DNA from: Phoronis australis | Taxonomy: Eukaryota > Animalia > Phoronida | DNA: 64,000 bases | Reading direction: 5' to 3' | Assembly (NCBI GenBank): GCA_002633005.1 | Contig: NMRA01000030.1 | Span: forward strand, 443,980 to 507,979 | In this document: positions 40,948-54,143 of the stretch, piece by piece | Numbering within the stretch: position 1 is the first letter of the stretch | How the letters are laid out: each line of letters begins with the position of its first letter | Program-made: the position numbers and the translations under genes | The notes under the pieces: model-generated | The model's database searches: none | Told to the model about the DNA's origin: nothing | What the model saw: only the letters and a program-made list of their open reading frames with translations

Positions 40948-41990
40948 CTTTTTACTTGGTGGAATTCTTCGAATTCCGACATTGTAATTGCTTTGCCATC
41001 AAGTTTGTTTTTTGTTTGTTTCCACTCTACAGGTCGCAATTTTCATCCAATTTGCACGAAATTCACACACGACTTGTAGATTGGGAAGTCCTGGAAGCCT
41101 ATTGTTTATGGTCACGATCGGATTTAAAATGGCGGACGTGGTGGCCATTTTGTTTCCAGTTTCAGATTCAAATGCTCATAGACTCGAGAGGCCACATTTT
41201 CCGACGTACAGGGCTGAAAAGTTGGGTACGATTATTATAGCACACAAGTTACAACTACGCCAAAAATCGTTAGCTTCCGGTCAAAGATGGCGCACCTCGA
41301 TATCTGGCCGAAAACGTTTTCTCCTGTAGAGGGCGCATTGGCGAACCAATCATTTTCAAACTCATCACGTGCTTGTTTCTTATGAGTGGCAATTATAAAA
41401 TTTTGTTTAACCGGAAGTCACTTTCAAGATGGCGGCTCTAACGCATTTTCAACCATTTTGGATCGTGCAGTCGCATTTTGAATGGGAAGAGCAAATGACG
41501 TGAATTTTTGCATGTGGATTCCTTGAAGTATATTCTTTCAAAAGTTCTGGGATAACATTTTTCTCAGACTTACTGTTTTTGAGTTACGGGTATTTGACGT
41601 TTAATTTCAAAAAATTGCAAAATTTGAAATTTTCAAAAAATTTTACAAATTTTTTAAAACTATACCAGGAGATAGAATTTTGAACGGGCTTTCAGAAAAT
41701 ATTTTCCATTTTTGGCTAGGACGTCTACTTTTTTAATTATTTGATATTTTCTGATAGCGCTGTTCCTTTGTTGACCGGTCTTGCTGCAGTAATGGTCTAG
41801 CGTGTATTGAACAAGGCAGTAGCCTATTTCTTACTCAGGATTTCTGACATCTTCGCTAGTCATATAAATGTTATCGTGTTGTTCATAATCGCTGCCTTCA
41901 TTGTCACGATCGTCGTCGTCCTCCCCATCGTCGTCTTTTCGGTTAATTTCGCCAAGTGTCGCTCCTCCAAGCGCTCTCGTAATTTTTAGA
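40948..41990 (+). mobile_element. CpG-rich HINE-like interspersed element of a second family, opposite orientation
   Basis: Starts with a T run plus hairpin ggaattc-ttc-gaattcc, then a (TTTG)n-like stretch and ~150-bp units with aa(a/g)atggcg. A decayed relative starts near 50190 (actacaggtcgcattttt.atccaat). Right boundary approximate. Confidence 0.55.
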
Positions 41991-42074
41991 TTACATATTA
42001 CCAAGAACATTGAAACTATCCGCGATTCAATGTTTACTGGGGTTGGCCAACATTAAAATTGTGAATTTGAAAAT

Positions 42075-42565
42075 GATGCATGATACATTGTCAGTGATGC
42101 TCACTTGGAAATGGTGCATGACGCATTGTAGGGGCGGATCCAGGATACTGAATGGGGGGCCACGGCAGAAAATTAGCCACGATTTTGCCCTTCAGACATT
42201 CGCAAACCCGTACTGCCAAATGGAATCTGGGAGAATTTTAGGGGGGGCATGCCCCCTTGGCCCAAACTTAAATCCGCCACTGCACTGTCAGTGATGTTCA
42301 TTTTGAAATTGTGTGAGGCATTGTCAGTGTCGCTCATTTAAAAATAGTGCATGACGCATTGTCAGTGATGTCCATTTGAAAATGGTGCATGATGCATTGT
42401 CAGTGATGTTCATTTGAAAATGGTGCATGATGCATTGTCAGTGATGTTCATTTGAAAATGGTGCATGACGCATTGTCAGTGATGTTCATTTGAAAATGGT
42501 GCATGAGGCATTGTCAGTGATGTTCATTTGAAAATAGTGCATGACGCATTGTCAGTGATGTTCAC
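42075..42565. repeat. 38-bp minisatellite (gtcagtgatgttcatttgaaaatggtgcatgatgcatt) interrupted by a MITE
   Basis: About 9 copies in total. Confidence 0.92.
42129..42282. mobile_element. 154-bp MITE inserted in the minisatellite
   Basis: Imperfect TIRs taggggcggat / atccgccactg, G- and C-runs inside, possible 5-bp target duplication cattg/cactg. Confidence 0.7.
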
Positions 42566-43134
42566 CTCAAAAGTTAAGGTGAAATGTCAACAAATTATAT
42601 CATATGGCGGAACAGTTTAATTTTATTTCATCAAACTTTTCAGCAAAAGGAAACAAGAAAATAATTTTGCTTGAAAATTTTATATAGTTACGCCCATTAT
42701 CAACAAACCCACGTCGACATTATGATCATGTTTGGCAACAAAGAGAGCATTTTTTGACAATTTTGGCCATTACTTTTACTTGAATTTGACAAAACTTTAC
42801 TGTATTTATTTGTTAACAGGATAAACATTTTGCATAACAAATGAGAAATGGTCACTTTGACTTGAATTGCACATGGCAACACAGTGAAATATATTCAGTG
42901 CAACTTACATGGAAATCACTGACAATCTGTGATTCCTTCGCCAAAGCAGTTAGAAATACAATTCACTGTTATATTATATCAATATTACGTGGCATGAAAG
43001 TTGCTAAAAGTTGGCAAAAATGATTTCAATTCATTTCTTAATAACTGGTTCAGAACAGAGAACATCAGCCAAGGCGTAGTGTGGCTGACAAAATGAAAAT
43101 AACTGACCCATGTCTTCAAAGGTCTGCAACCAGG

Positions 43135-44682
43135 AACAAGAGCAACGCAGAGCGTTGAAATGCGCCCACAATTGCACCGCATACGGTATCCTTCTAGGGT
43201 TGTTTGTTGGTACCATAAAGTGGCCAGTAGAGGGCATATATGTAGAATGTTGTACTTTGCAAAATGGAAAGGCATGGTCATTGTCTCCTCAATAGGCTAG
43301 GAGCAAAACGTGAGTAATCTTCATAATACAAGCACATCCTATACACCAGTTGCTTAAAGCACCACAGAAACATAGAATTAAAAACAAATTTACCAACATA
43401 CGAGATTAGCACAGCATTAGAATGCCAGAAACAAATTTCTACTTGGAACTTTTCCTTCACAGTCACGAAGTAACACAAAGTATACACCTGAAGACCTATG
43501 AAAATACAGAGGTCAATGTAAAATACTAAAATTGCCACTAGAGGCAAATACTAAAATTGCCACTAGAGGCATACCGGTAATCAGAATCATCCTAAAGTCG
43601 TCATCGTCCGTTGTCAACATCACATAAATACACTTGCTAAATTTAGTAAAGATCCTGCAAACGGTTTGGGAGATACAGCCATGGGCGCAAAAAAACAAAA
43701 CTGCCACTAGGAGGCGCCACAGTAGTCCAAATCGTCTGAAAATCATTGTCAGCTGTCTTCCTTATAGTAAGCACATACACGCCAATTTTCACAATCATCC
43801 TTTGAGCGGTTTGGTTGATAGAGGGGTGGACGCAAAAATACAGACTCGAAAACAGTAAAAATGGCCACTAGGTGGCGTAAACTATGTCGAATCCATCTGA
43901 AAACAGGAGGATAGCGTCATCTCACTAATAGGTGCCTACATACTAAATTTCATGAAAATCTGTTAAGGACTTTTGAAGATACAAAGGTAAGCGTAAAAAA
44001 CTAAAATTGCCACTAGGGGGCACACCGGTAGTCGGATCCGTCTAAAAGTCGTCATCTTTCATTGTTAACATCATATGAATATACTTACTCAATTTCGTAA
44101 AGATCCTGTGAACGGTTTAGGAGATACAGCCATAGGCGCAAAAAAAACAAAACTGCCACTAGGAGGCCCCACAGTAGTCGAAATCGTCAGAAAATCATCG
44201 TCAACCGTCCTCTACATAGTAAGCATATACATGCCAATTTTCACAATCATCCTTTGAGCGGTTTGGTTGATAGAGGGGTGTACGCACAAAAACAGACTCG
44301 AAAACACTAAAAATGGCCACTAGGTGGCGCAAACTATGTCAAAACCATCTGAAAACAGCAGGATAGCGTCATCTCACTACTAGGTGCCTACATACCAAAT
44401 TTCATGAAAATCCGTTCAGGACTTTTGAAGATACAAAGGTAAGCGTAAAAAACTAAAATTGCCACTAGGGGGCACACCGGTAGTCGGATCCGTCCGAAAG
44501 TTCGCACATGCCGCCCCATTCATGAATGGAACATATCTGCCAAATTTCATGAACGTATGTCAAAGGGTTTTGGAGATAGAGCAGCGGACGCCGGCCGCCA
44601 GACGCCGGACGGACGCCGCCCGAACGGACGGACAGAGATGACGGCATAATGCGTCACATATAAATATGTGGGCGCATAAAAA
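43135..44682 (-). mobile_element. Full-length Helentron-associated non-autonomous element (HINE/DINE-1 architecture), copy A
   Basis: One end aacaagag + stem-loop caacgc-aga-gcgttg + subTIR atgcgcccac. Other end has a ggac/gacg microsatellite + hairpin atgcgtcacatat..atatgtgggcgcat + A run. Central ~450-bp repeats made of three ~150-bp subunits. Confidence 0.85.
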
Positions 44683-46492
44683 TCATTGTACAACCTGGAT
44701 ATGTGACCTCGCATCATAGGTCACAAGTGCAAAGGTCATCCATTTGCAGTGTTTACAAATTATTCATGAACACAGCCCACATCTTGGTTATGGCAGGATG
44801 TGTATTGCAGTCTCCAATTTGGGACATACTCTACAATTTGGGATACTGAAATTCAAGCCAAAAATGTATTTTGTTGATTGCGATCATTGGAACATGGGAA
44901 ATTTTATGTTGATCATATCTTTTAAATATAGGAAACTGCATTAACACAATCTGAAAACAGACTCAATGATGCAGTTCATAAAACATTAAGAAACAGACAC
45001 TGACATCAGGCTTACATAATCATTCCCAGAGGTTTGTCATTGATCATATTCTTGAATTAGGGGACACAGTCAATATTGCCTACTTCTGAAACTTAGTAAA
45101 GCTCCGACCTTAAAGCCTAACTTCAACAAAATTTTGTTATTTTAGATGTATAGGGCTAACCAGATAGTCCTATCAAAGCCAGTTAGTAAAATAAGAAAAC
45201 ACGAGTTCAATCATGCAAATGTAAGCCTGTCAAATGATAAGTGAAGCTGCCTTTTCATGCCATGTTGCGTCACCACAAGATCCAGCACAAACAACAAAAG
45301 GTTGTATTGAATAGTGGTCTGAATAGAACACCATTGTGTGCGGGTGTTATTCACAAAAAAGGTGATTCTTGCGATGACATAAACAAAACCAAGCCAACAT
45401 GCCTAACAGTTCATTACATTTGGCAGTTTATGGCACTAGTGGGCTCAGAGCGATGCTCTTAACATACCAAATTTACAGGTGTTACCATTGAAGATAGGCT
45501 TTAAGGAAAATAGTCTGTAACTGGACTTTTGAACAGAGTAATATTGTTTAGTTTATAATATTGAGCAATACTGTTTAGTTTACACAAAACCAGAGCTCAG
45601 ATAGAACACGCAAATACCCTTTTAAGATGAGTTTTCCCAACAGACTACATATAACTGGTTTATTTGAGTGATGTACCTTGCTGGTTCGAAATGTTTGTTC
45701 CCAATTACAACTTCTGAATAAAATTCACTGACCTCATTTGAATTTTTCCATTAGTGAAAATTTGTCTGACAAATTAAGCAAAGAGCAAGTTGGAAAATAA
45801 AAACTTTCACAGTTTTCAACATGAGCCGCGCAGAGCATTGAAACAGTTTGCTTCTCGGGATGATTATTAGTGTCAAAAATGGACCCTACGTGGCGCAGAA
45901 TACATAAAATCCATCCCCAAATGGATAGGTGCTATCGCCATCATAACAGAAACATGTTTGCCACATTTCAATGAAAATAACTCTGAAGGAACAGATGCAA
46001 AAATTGTATTAAACTAAAATTGCCACTGGGGGGTACAACAGTAGTCAGAACCATCTTAAAGTAAAGCAGCTGTAGTCACATTTATAATATAAAACAAATT
46101 GCAAATTTTCACAAAGATCCTTCAAAGGAATAAAGAGAAACAGCCGAGGAAGCAAAAAACAAAAATTGCCACCAATAGGGGTCACAGTTGTCAAGTTCCG
46201 TTTGCAAATAAACAACTTTTTATCAGGAACAAAAACACACTCAAAGAAATAAAAATAGCCACTTGGTGATGCAAAAATACATCAAATCCATACAGAAATG
46301 GAAGATTATTGTCATCTTGACAGATATCCTAGGTGCCAAATTTCATGAAAATCAGTTGATGAATTCCGCATATACAGAGGCAAATAAGACTGCCACTAGG
46401 GGGCACAGTGGAAAAAAATGGGTGTGAAACGTGTCATAAAATGTTGTCAGCTCCATATAGGAACACGTCCACCAAATTTCACAAAGATCCTA

Positions 46493-47882
46493 AACAAGAG
46501 CAACGCGGAGCGTTGAAATGCGCTCACGAATGCATTGCAAATGGTGTGCTTTTAGGGTTACTTGAGTATTACTTGGGTGCAGAACTAGTGTCGTCGTACT
46601 CGGGGCAGACCCACAGATGCTCGGCTTTCCATGTCATAAAGTTAGACAAGGTCCTTTGACTAACCACCCCAACCAACTGCTGATTACACATTCGTCTTGC
46701 CCGGCCATGTAAACGACTATCAGCACCACAGCCTCTCTCATATCCAAACAGCTGCATTCTGTCAACTGCATCACCATTCTCCCATGGCTCCACCTCTCCA
46801 AGCGCTCCAAGAATCTCACTCTCTCCCAGTCTGAGGGCGCCCTGTATTGATGCATTTCCCGCTAACTTGTCAGCTGAGCTTTCTCATTTGCGGCAACCCC
46901 GGCATGCCCAGGGGAGAATATCCAAGTCAGCTGTCTCAGTCCACTGTTTTGTAAATACAGCAGCCACTCGGATTTGAGATATCCCTTATAATATTTTTCT
47001 CAGAATGCTCTGAGAGTCTGTCACAATAGCTGCACAGGTACGAGTGTTTTCCTGTAGTCATGCAAGTGCCTTTGCAGCAGTAACCTCCTCCATCTTCATA
47101 CTAGATGTCGTGAGCTCATATGCCTCACCATTTTCCGTTGCAATTTTGCCATCCACATTGACTACATAGCCCCATCTAGATCTTTCTCCTCTTTTAACCG
47201 ATCCATCAGTGTACACTACAGCATCACCTTCACTACAATTTTCATAAACCAGCTCAAGAACTTCACTGTTAACTGCACAAGCCGCCCTGTCACGACACTC
47301 TCGGCCCATAGTAATGACAACCCTGGTGAATCTGCTAGCTGTTTTGTCATCCACCTTCATATACTGTTCTCTGCGAACCAGATCCAGCTCACACACTCTT
47401 TCTACCACAGTCGTTGAAATCGTCGGAAAATCGTCAACCGTCCTCGTTTTAGTAAGCACATACATGCCAATTTTCACAATCATCCTTTGAGCAGTTTGGT
47501 TGATAGAGGGGTGGACACAAAAAAACAGACTCGAAAACAGTAAAAATGACCACTAGGTGGTGCAAACTACGTCGAATCTATCTGAAAACGAGTGGATAGC
47601 GTCACCTCACTAATAGGTGCCTACATATTAAATTTCATGAAAATCCGTTAAGGACTTTTGAAGATACAAAGGTAAACGTAAAAAAATAAAATTGCCACTA
47701 GGGGGCACACCGGTCGTCGGATCCATCCGAAAGTTCGCTCATGCCGTCCCATTCATGAATGGAATATATGTGCCAAATTTCACGAACGTAAGTCACAGGG
47801 TTTTGGAGATACAGCAGCGGACGCCGGACGGACGGAGATGACGGCATATGCGTACACATATGAATATGTGGGCTCATAAAAA
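46493..47882 (-). mobile_element. Younger HINE copy B nested in copy D and interrupted by a LINE fragment
   Basis: aacaagagcaacgcggagcgttgaaatgcgctcac at the left end; ggacggacgg and atatgtgggctcataaaa at the right end. The host unit (gatccta...ttaaggaga.acagc) resumes across it. Confidence 0.85.
46560..47404 (-). mobile_element. 5'-truncated, frameshifted non-LTR retrotransposon fragment with RNase H domain (I-group-like)
   Basis: VYTDGS, TSSMKME, IVTDSQS and LTWIFSPGHAGVAANEKA motifs of RNase HI appear across frameshifts. C-terminus ...EHLWVCPEYDD...; 3' tail with caagta repeats. Confidence 0.85.
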
Positions 47883-50800
47883 TGTTAAGGAGACAGCGGT
47901 GGACACAAAAAAAACCGCCAAGGTAATGGAACCCGTCCCAATATCAATGTGAGCCACAGCCCTATCATCAGAAACACATCTGCCATTTACACAACGATCC
48001 TTCACGTAGTTTGGCAGATAGAGAGGAAGATGTCAAAAATGGGACTTGAAACTCTTAAAAATCCCCACTAGAAGGTGCACTATAAGTAAAATCTGTCTGA
48101 AAATAAAGTCATAATCATCACCTTAATAGAAACCTATTAGCCAAATTTCATGAAAATCCATCAATGAATTCCAAAGATAGAAAGAAAAACATAAAAAAAT
48201 AAATTTGCCACTAGGGGCACACCAATTGTTGGACTGGGCTGAAACTCGCCATCATCTGATGTCAACTCCATAGGAACACATCAGTCAAATTTCAAAAAGT
48301 TCCTACAAAAGATTAAGGAGATACAGCCGTGGACGCAAATTGAAACAAAGTCCCCATTAGGGGCACCAGTCAGTAGTCAAACACGCCCAAAAATCAACGT
48401 CAACTATGGTCTCCTCATCAAAAACACACCTGCCAATTTTCATAATGATCCTTCAAGCAGAGAGAAAGGCGGACGCAAAGCAGACTTGAAATTGAAAAAA
48501 ACGACCATTAGATGGTGCAGAATCGTCAAAAACATCTGAAAATGTAAAGGTGTCATCGCCTTCATAATAATAACCCATTTGCCAAATTTCATGAAAATCC
48601 ATCCACGAATTACGCAGATACAGAGGCAACCGTAAAAACTAAAATTGACACTAGGGCGCACAGCGGTAAACAGATCAGTCCGAAAGGCGTCACACCTAAC
48701 AAATCTGCAAAGGGTTTAGGAGATACACAGCCAGGCACCCAGACAAGATGCAAACAATATGCACTCCCATATAAATATGTGGGTGAATAATAAAACCAGT
48801 GATTCAAACTAAAAATCAGACACAAATTAAAAAGATGAAACAAAATATAACATTTTCTAAAACCAATCTATTGACTGCATTGGGTGTATTTTGTTGCGTT
48901 AATGGACAGCCACACTCAGGTGAAAACATTACTTTAAACCATCAAAACTACGCAAAACAAAGACAAGAAATATCTGCATGTTTGGTTCACCCAAGAACAT
49001 TTATGAACAAAGTTACAACATCACAAAGTGTGTAACCATAACTAATTTACATAGTATAAAACACATAGAACAACTCCGGGACTAGAATAACAAAGAGACT
49101 ACTGTCTCACTTTGAAAAAGTACTAAAACTACATCAAGATTTTAAAAAATTGACTTTCACGACATGGAAATCGAAACCAGGCTAATCTCCACGAGCCCTA
49201 CAGATTGCGCCACCAGAAAAAACAAAACCAGCCAAATCACAGCATCTTTCATAGACATGAAAAGATGCTGAAAATAATACCTTTGCTAAAAACACTCTGT
49301 CAGCATCAGGTATAAAATAATACCGTCAGTTATTTTGATCTAGCCAAATTAAAAGAATCTGTAACACACCCAAGAAAACAACTTATTTCTGACAGTTAAT
49401 GGCTAGATTTCCTTTTTAATAAATCATAGAATATGGCTGATATTCGTCTAATTACATTCACTACATTACTTGAGCATTGATTTGTTGAAGCATTACCATT
49501 AGAAGGAAAATGATACCAATCAATGATACATTAGCCAGCTTTCAACAGGACACACTTAATGAAATTGGAACAAAAAATTCAATCCATTTGGCAAATCTAG
49601 CATTGATGCCCAGACGTATGTCTCACATCAGGCCGATTCCACCGTATCTGTCCTCTTTGTTACACACAAAATTACTTTGAAATTCATCTCCATAAACTCT
49701 ACCTGGAGGTAAACTTTGTCCTATCTTCATCCCCAGATGACAAAAATTTGTATTACGCAACATTTTTTCTTGTAATGAAGGTTAGAAATAAGGTCAGAAT
49801 TTGCCATTAATTTCCAACAAGACTACGTTATGATTCAGAATTTCACTAAATCAAAAGTGACTTGCAGATTACAGCGAGCTGCTCATCAGTTGGTTGACCA
49901 ATAGAAAGTTAAATATTTAAGTTAAAGTTGAACCTCCAGTGCACTTCCTGTTATTAAAAATTAACGTGAAATCAGCAAATATGTTGTCAAGCACGGTACA
50001 CAGTTAACACTGCTTACAAAGATGACATCGGTTGGAACATTCAGTTTTGAATTGAGAAATGACGGGTGATTATAGTGAAGAGAAGAAATTAATAAGCAGG
50101 ACTGAGCAGCCAAGATATTTTCTTTGTTTACTTGACCAAATGAAACTTGCTCAAGTCTATTGCTCTCAAGTAAAGCTTCTCTGTATGCACACTACAGGTC
50201 GCATTTTTTATCCAATCAACATGAAATTCGCACACATGCATGTCATTAAAATATGTAGAGGCTAATTGTTTTAGAATCTGTTCAAAGGTGGCTGTGACAT
50301 TTTTTGAATTTTCAATTCACAGAGTTCTTTGACATACTTCAGAATATTGGTACCAGTATGTAGATGGATGTCGTCAAGTGTTAAAGGGGCTGAACCATTT
50401 GTTTCTCACTGCGACTTTCTCAGTTTATTTGAGATTTTCCGATGATGGTTTTTTATTTTTAACTTCATTTGACTAATCTGTCTAAATTTGGCATGTAAAT
50501 AGATTTTGTTAAGAGCAACAGAAAGTTTAGGATATGTTTCTGGCTCTAACTTACCGTCCACTAGTTATCGAGATTTACTGATGACTAAGTTCAGACATTA
50601 CTAGACATTACTGTTTCAGGCTTCAGCGCAGACTTATGTCTCAGGGTTCAAGAACAACACAAGTTCCATACCCTTCCTATTATACGTAAAACTAATCATG
50701 ATGAAATTTAAATATAACATGTGTCTCCTTGACGACGTGAGGCCTAGTGCCTTTGGTTCATATTGGACGCAAGACAGTGCTTTGGCTGCCGTCTTTTGAT

Positions 50801-51099
50801 TTTTCACTTTGGGAAGCCATGTCTTCAGTGTTCTTTGATGAACCCTTTTGAAGTTTTTCACGTGGATAGCACCATCTGTAGCAAGCCAATCCTCTTTGCT
50901 AAAAGTTTAAGTTCTTGAGTTATTTGAGATTTATTTATGACTAAGAGCTGACTATGGTACATTTCTCAGGTTTCAGCGTGTATCTTTGTAAGCAATCTCT
51001 TCAACCTACTTTTCTCCAGGTATGAGGTTTACTAATGACTCAGTCGTCGTCATATTCTGTGCAGGCAGCATCGTTGTCACTGGCAGCAGTGTCGCTCTC

Positions 51100-51610
51100 A
51101 TTTGCTAAGTTACAATAGTCAGATTTGTCATGAAAACCAATCAGTTACTCTATTCTCCATACTGAACTTTATTAGGATCTGTCAGGAAACTCAGCACACA
51201 TTGAAGCAAAAAAATAACACTAGGGAGATCCAAAGTAGTTGGCTCTTCTCAATGGGAAAACATGTCAATTTTCATAACGAGGTGGGCACCAAAAACATTG
51301 GAAATTAATGAAAATGGCCACTAGGACATGTGGAACATGGCCACTACGTCACGTGAAACATGGCCACAACGTCAAGTGGAAAGGAATCATCACCATAACA
51401 GAAACACAAATTTCATAAAAATTCATTAAGGAACTCTGAAGACGATGAAAAAGAAAAAATACATCTGCCACAAGATGGCACAGTGATAGTCGTATCCATA
51501 CGTATGTTGTTGTCATCCGTTGCCATGTGCACATTCACAGGAATACACATGCAAAATTTCAGAAAGATTCAACAAAGGGTTTGGGAGATGCAACCGTGGA
51601 CACTGGAGAG
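51100..51610 (-). mobile_element. Decayed HINE remnant (CTCF-motif family)
   Basis: aaaatggccactagg, aaatttcataaaaatt and gccacaagatggca units. Confidence 0.55.
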
Positions 51611-52257
51611 AGATGAAGTCAATATGGGACCATTGAAAAGTATGGAAGGAAATTGATAGACAGAAAAAATTCCCCTTGAATACGGTAACTTGCTTCATGA
51701 ATTATTACTCAAAGTTGGCATAGAAAGCAAGCATGCTCCTTTTTATTGCAACAATATCGCAATAGTATGATTAAAATGAGGCATTATTTCTGACGCACTT
51801 GCTCTATTCTAATAAGCCATGTCAACTTAATCAATGGTGCAATATCTCCACTTTGAATGCTCGATTCGATTTGCCCTCCTGTGTCTTTCACATGTTCTCC
51901 TGCTAGATGCTCCCACCTTCTCCTGTCGGTCCAAAAAGTGTATGAAGTCCTACACTGTCATGAACTTGGTCTACCAGAGGTGAGCTCCTTCGCCTGTTTG
52001 TGAACATCTTGGGCAAATTCTTTATGTCTATGTCTCGTTTGAACTGCTGTCCTATACTTTTCTGAAAAGGAATGAAAGCAATATCATAACTCAAAATGTT
52101 TGAATTGGCTTCTTGTACATTTTGAGATCACGCCTAACAATCTCACCTGAAATGAATCTGACACTATTAAGGAGGGGGGATGAGAGTGCACCTACTCTAA
52201 AACAATGAGGGGCATTGATATGCACCCACCATGTTCATCACATACAAGGAATGATCA

Positions 52258-52768
52258 CAACTTTGGTAATATCTCTCCAAACTGTAAATGTGGTGACCAT
52301 CAATCTTATCCTCATATTTTCTTCAAATGTCCCCTCATCGAATACCTGAGAGACTCACTCTTTCGTGCACTCAATGAAAACCAATCAATTGTTAACGCTC
52401 TCAATTCTTGTAATAATATCCCTACTAGAGTTACGTTATTATTGAATGGTAGTCCTAACCTTGACCTCGTTCTCAATGAATTCCTCCTAAGCAACGTTAG
52501 TAAATTTTTATGTACCGTTTATCAATATTGTTGCTTCTGATTTCCATACATGAATCTGTACATATTTTTGTTTTTATATATTTGTAATAGCATATCTAAG
52601 TATTGGAATACTTATATTAGATACTACTTAATTGTATATACCTCTATGTATATTAGTTTCATTTATGACTTGTTTACAACCCAGATATAATGCTTCGCGG
52701 TTTCTGGGTTTGTTATTATTTCTTTGTATGTTCTGTGTATTCTTCAATAATATAAATCACTTTAAAAA
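52258..52768 (+). mobile_element. 5'-truncated LINE 3' end (CR1/L2-group-like) with target-site duplication
   Basis: C-terminal motif CKCG...HIFFKCP...R..L...LLNG...N...V.KFL, T-rich 3' UTR and A tail. 12-bp TSD aaggaatgatca (52246-52257) / aaggaacgatca (52769-52780). Confidence 0.8.
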
Positions 52769-52859
52769 AAGGAACGATCATTAACTTAAATGTCCTCAAT
52801 AAAAAGGGGGAAATACTAAGTTAAAATACCCACAAGGGGGTGCAAAGCAAGACAGCAAT

Positions 52860-54085
52860 GCTCAATAGAAAGACACAGGCCACCTTTCACCATGACTCTT
52901 CAAACAATTTGAAGGGGGCAACAAAGAACAGACTGTCACAAATAATGATAAGGCCACTAGGAGGCGCAACATCCGTCAAATTGGTCTGAAACGGGGGAAA
53001 TGCTGGCATCTCCATGATAACAATTTTTTTGCTACATTTCATGAACATAGACAAGGCAAATGCAAAGAAAACCAGAATTGCCACCAGTGGACTCGGTAAA
53101 ATCCATGTCATCTGTACTCTCCCCACTGGAAACGTATCCAATTTGATGAAGCTTGATCCATCAAGGATCTTGAAGATTTTGAGTCACATGCAAAAAAAGC
53201 AAAACTGCTAATAGGAGGTGCCACAGCAGTTGGACCCCTCCAAAAATCATTGTCAGCCTTACTTTTCCCTTTAGCAGCACAAACACAAGTTTTCATGATT
53301 GTCAAGAGTGGTTTGGCCAACAGGGAGGCAGAGACCATAAACCAGACCCATAAATAATAAAAATGGCCTCCACAGGCATAAAATACATCAAATCCATTAG
53401 AAAGAGACAGGCGTTATTGTCTCATTCGCAGAAAGCTATTTGAGAATTCCTAGAAAGTCTGTTATGAAATCATGAAAATATAGATAACTAGAACTGCTAC
53501 AAGAGGGCGCTGTGGCTCACAGGTCTGTCCAAAAGATAACTAGAACTGCCACAAGAGGGCATAGTGGCTCAGGTCTGTCCAAAAGTTGCCATCATCCTTT
53601 GACACATTCCTAGAAATGAATGAGTCACAATAAACAAAGATTCTGCAAGGGGCTTAAGAGATACAGCTGCAGACATAACAAAAACAAAACTGCCACCAGA
53701 AGGTAGTTGGAGCCATACAAAATTAGAAAACAGACAATTGCCGCACAAATAAAGAAGTTCATGTTATCTCAACGTTTTGTCTTATTCAACAAGACATCAT
53801 CATGATATGTACAGTAGGACAACAAGTGTCGATATTCTTTCAAGTCGCAACTGCCTGTTTTCTAATTGTACTTTGGCCATACAAAATTAACGGCAACCCT
53901 CTGTTCTCATCAGGGACACATCTGCCGATTAACATTGATTCTTTGAGCAGTTTGACAGATAAAGAGGTGGACGTCAAAAACAAGACAAAAAACACCACTA
54001 GGTGGCAAAGAATATGTCAAATCCATGAGAAATGGAAAGGTGCCATCATCTCCTATATAAATAACTATTTTGATACAGACAACTT
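52860..54085 (-). mobile_element. Decayed HINE remnants (CTCF-motif family)
   Basis: ggccactaggaggcgc, gccacaagagggca and ccactaggtggca units. A terminal remnant continues at ~55720-55975 after the minisatellite. Confidence 0.6.
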
Positions 54086-54143
54086 TTCTAAAATATGGCG
54101 ACATATTTCGGCGGTAAAACTTCCACCATTGTCAAGCTTTATT

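Larger units (their letters stand above)
45818..48795 (-). mobile_element. Older HINE copy D, hosting nested copy B
   Basis: Decayed terminus aacatgagccgcgcagagcattgaaa at 45818. Opposite end atgcactcccatataaatatgtgggtgaataa at ~48760-48790. Same ~150-bp subunits. Confidence 0.75.
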
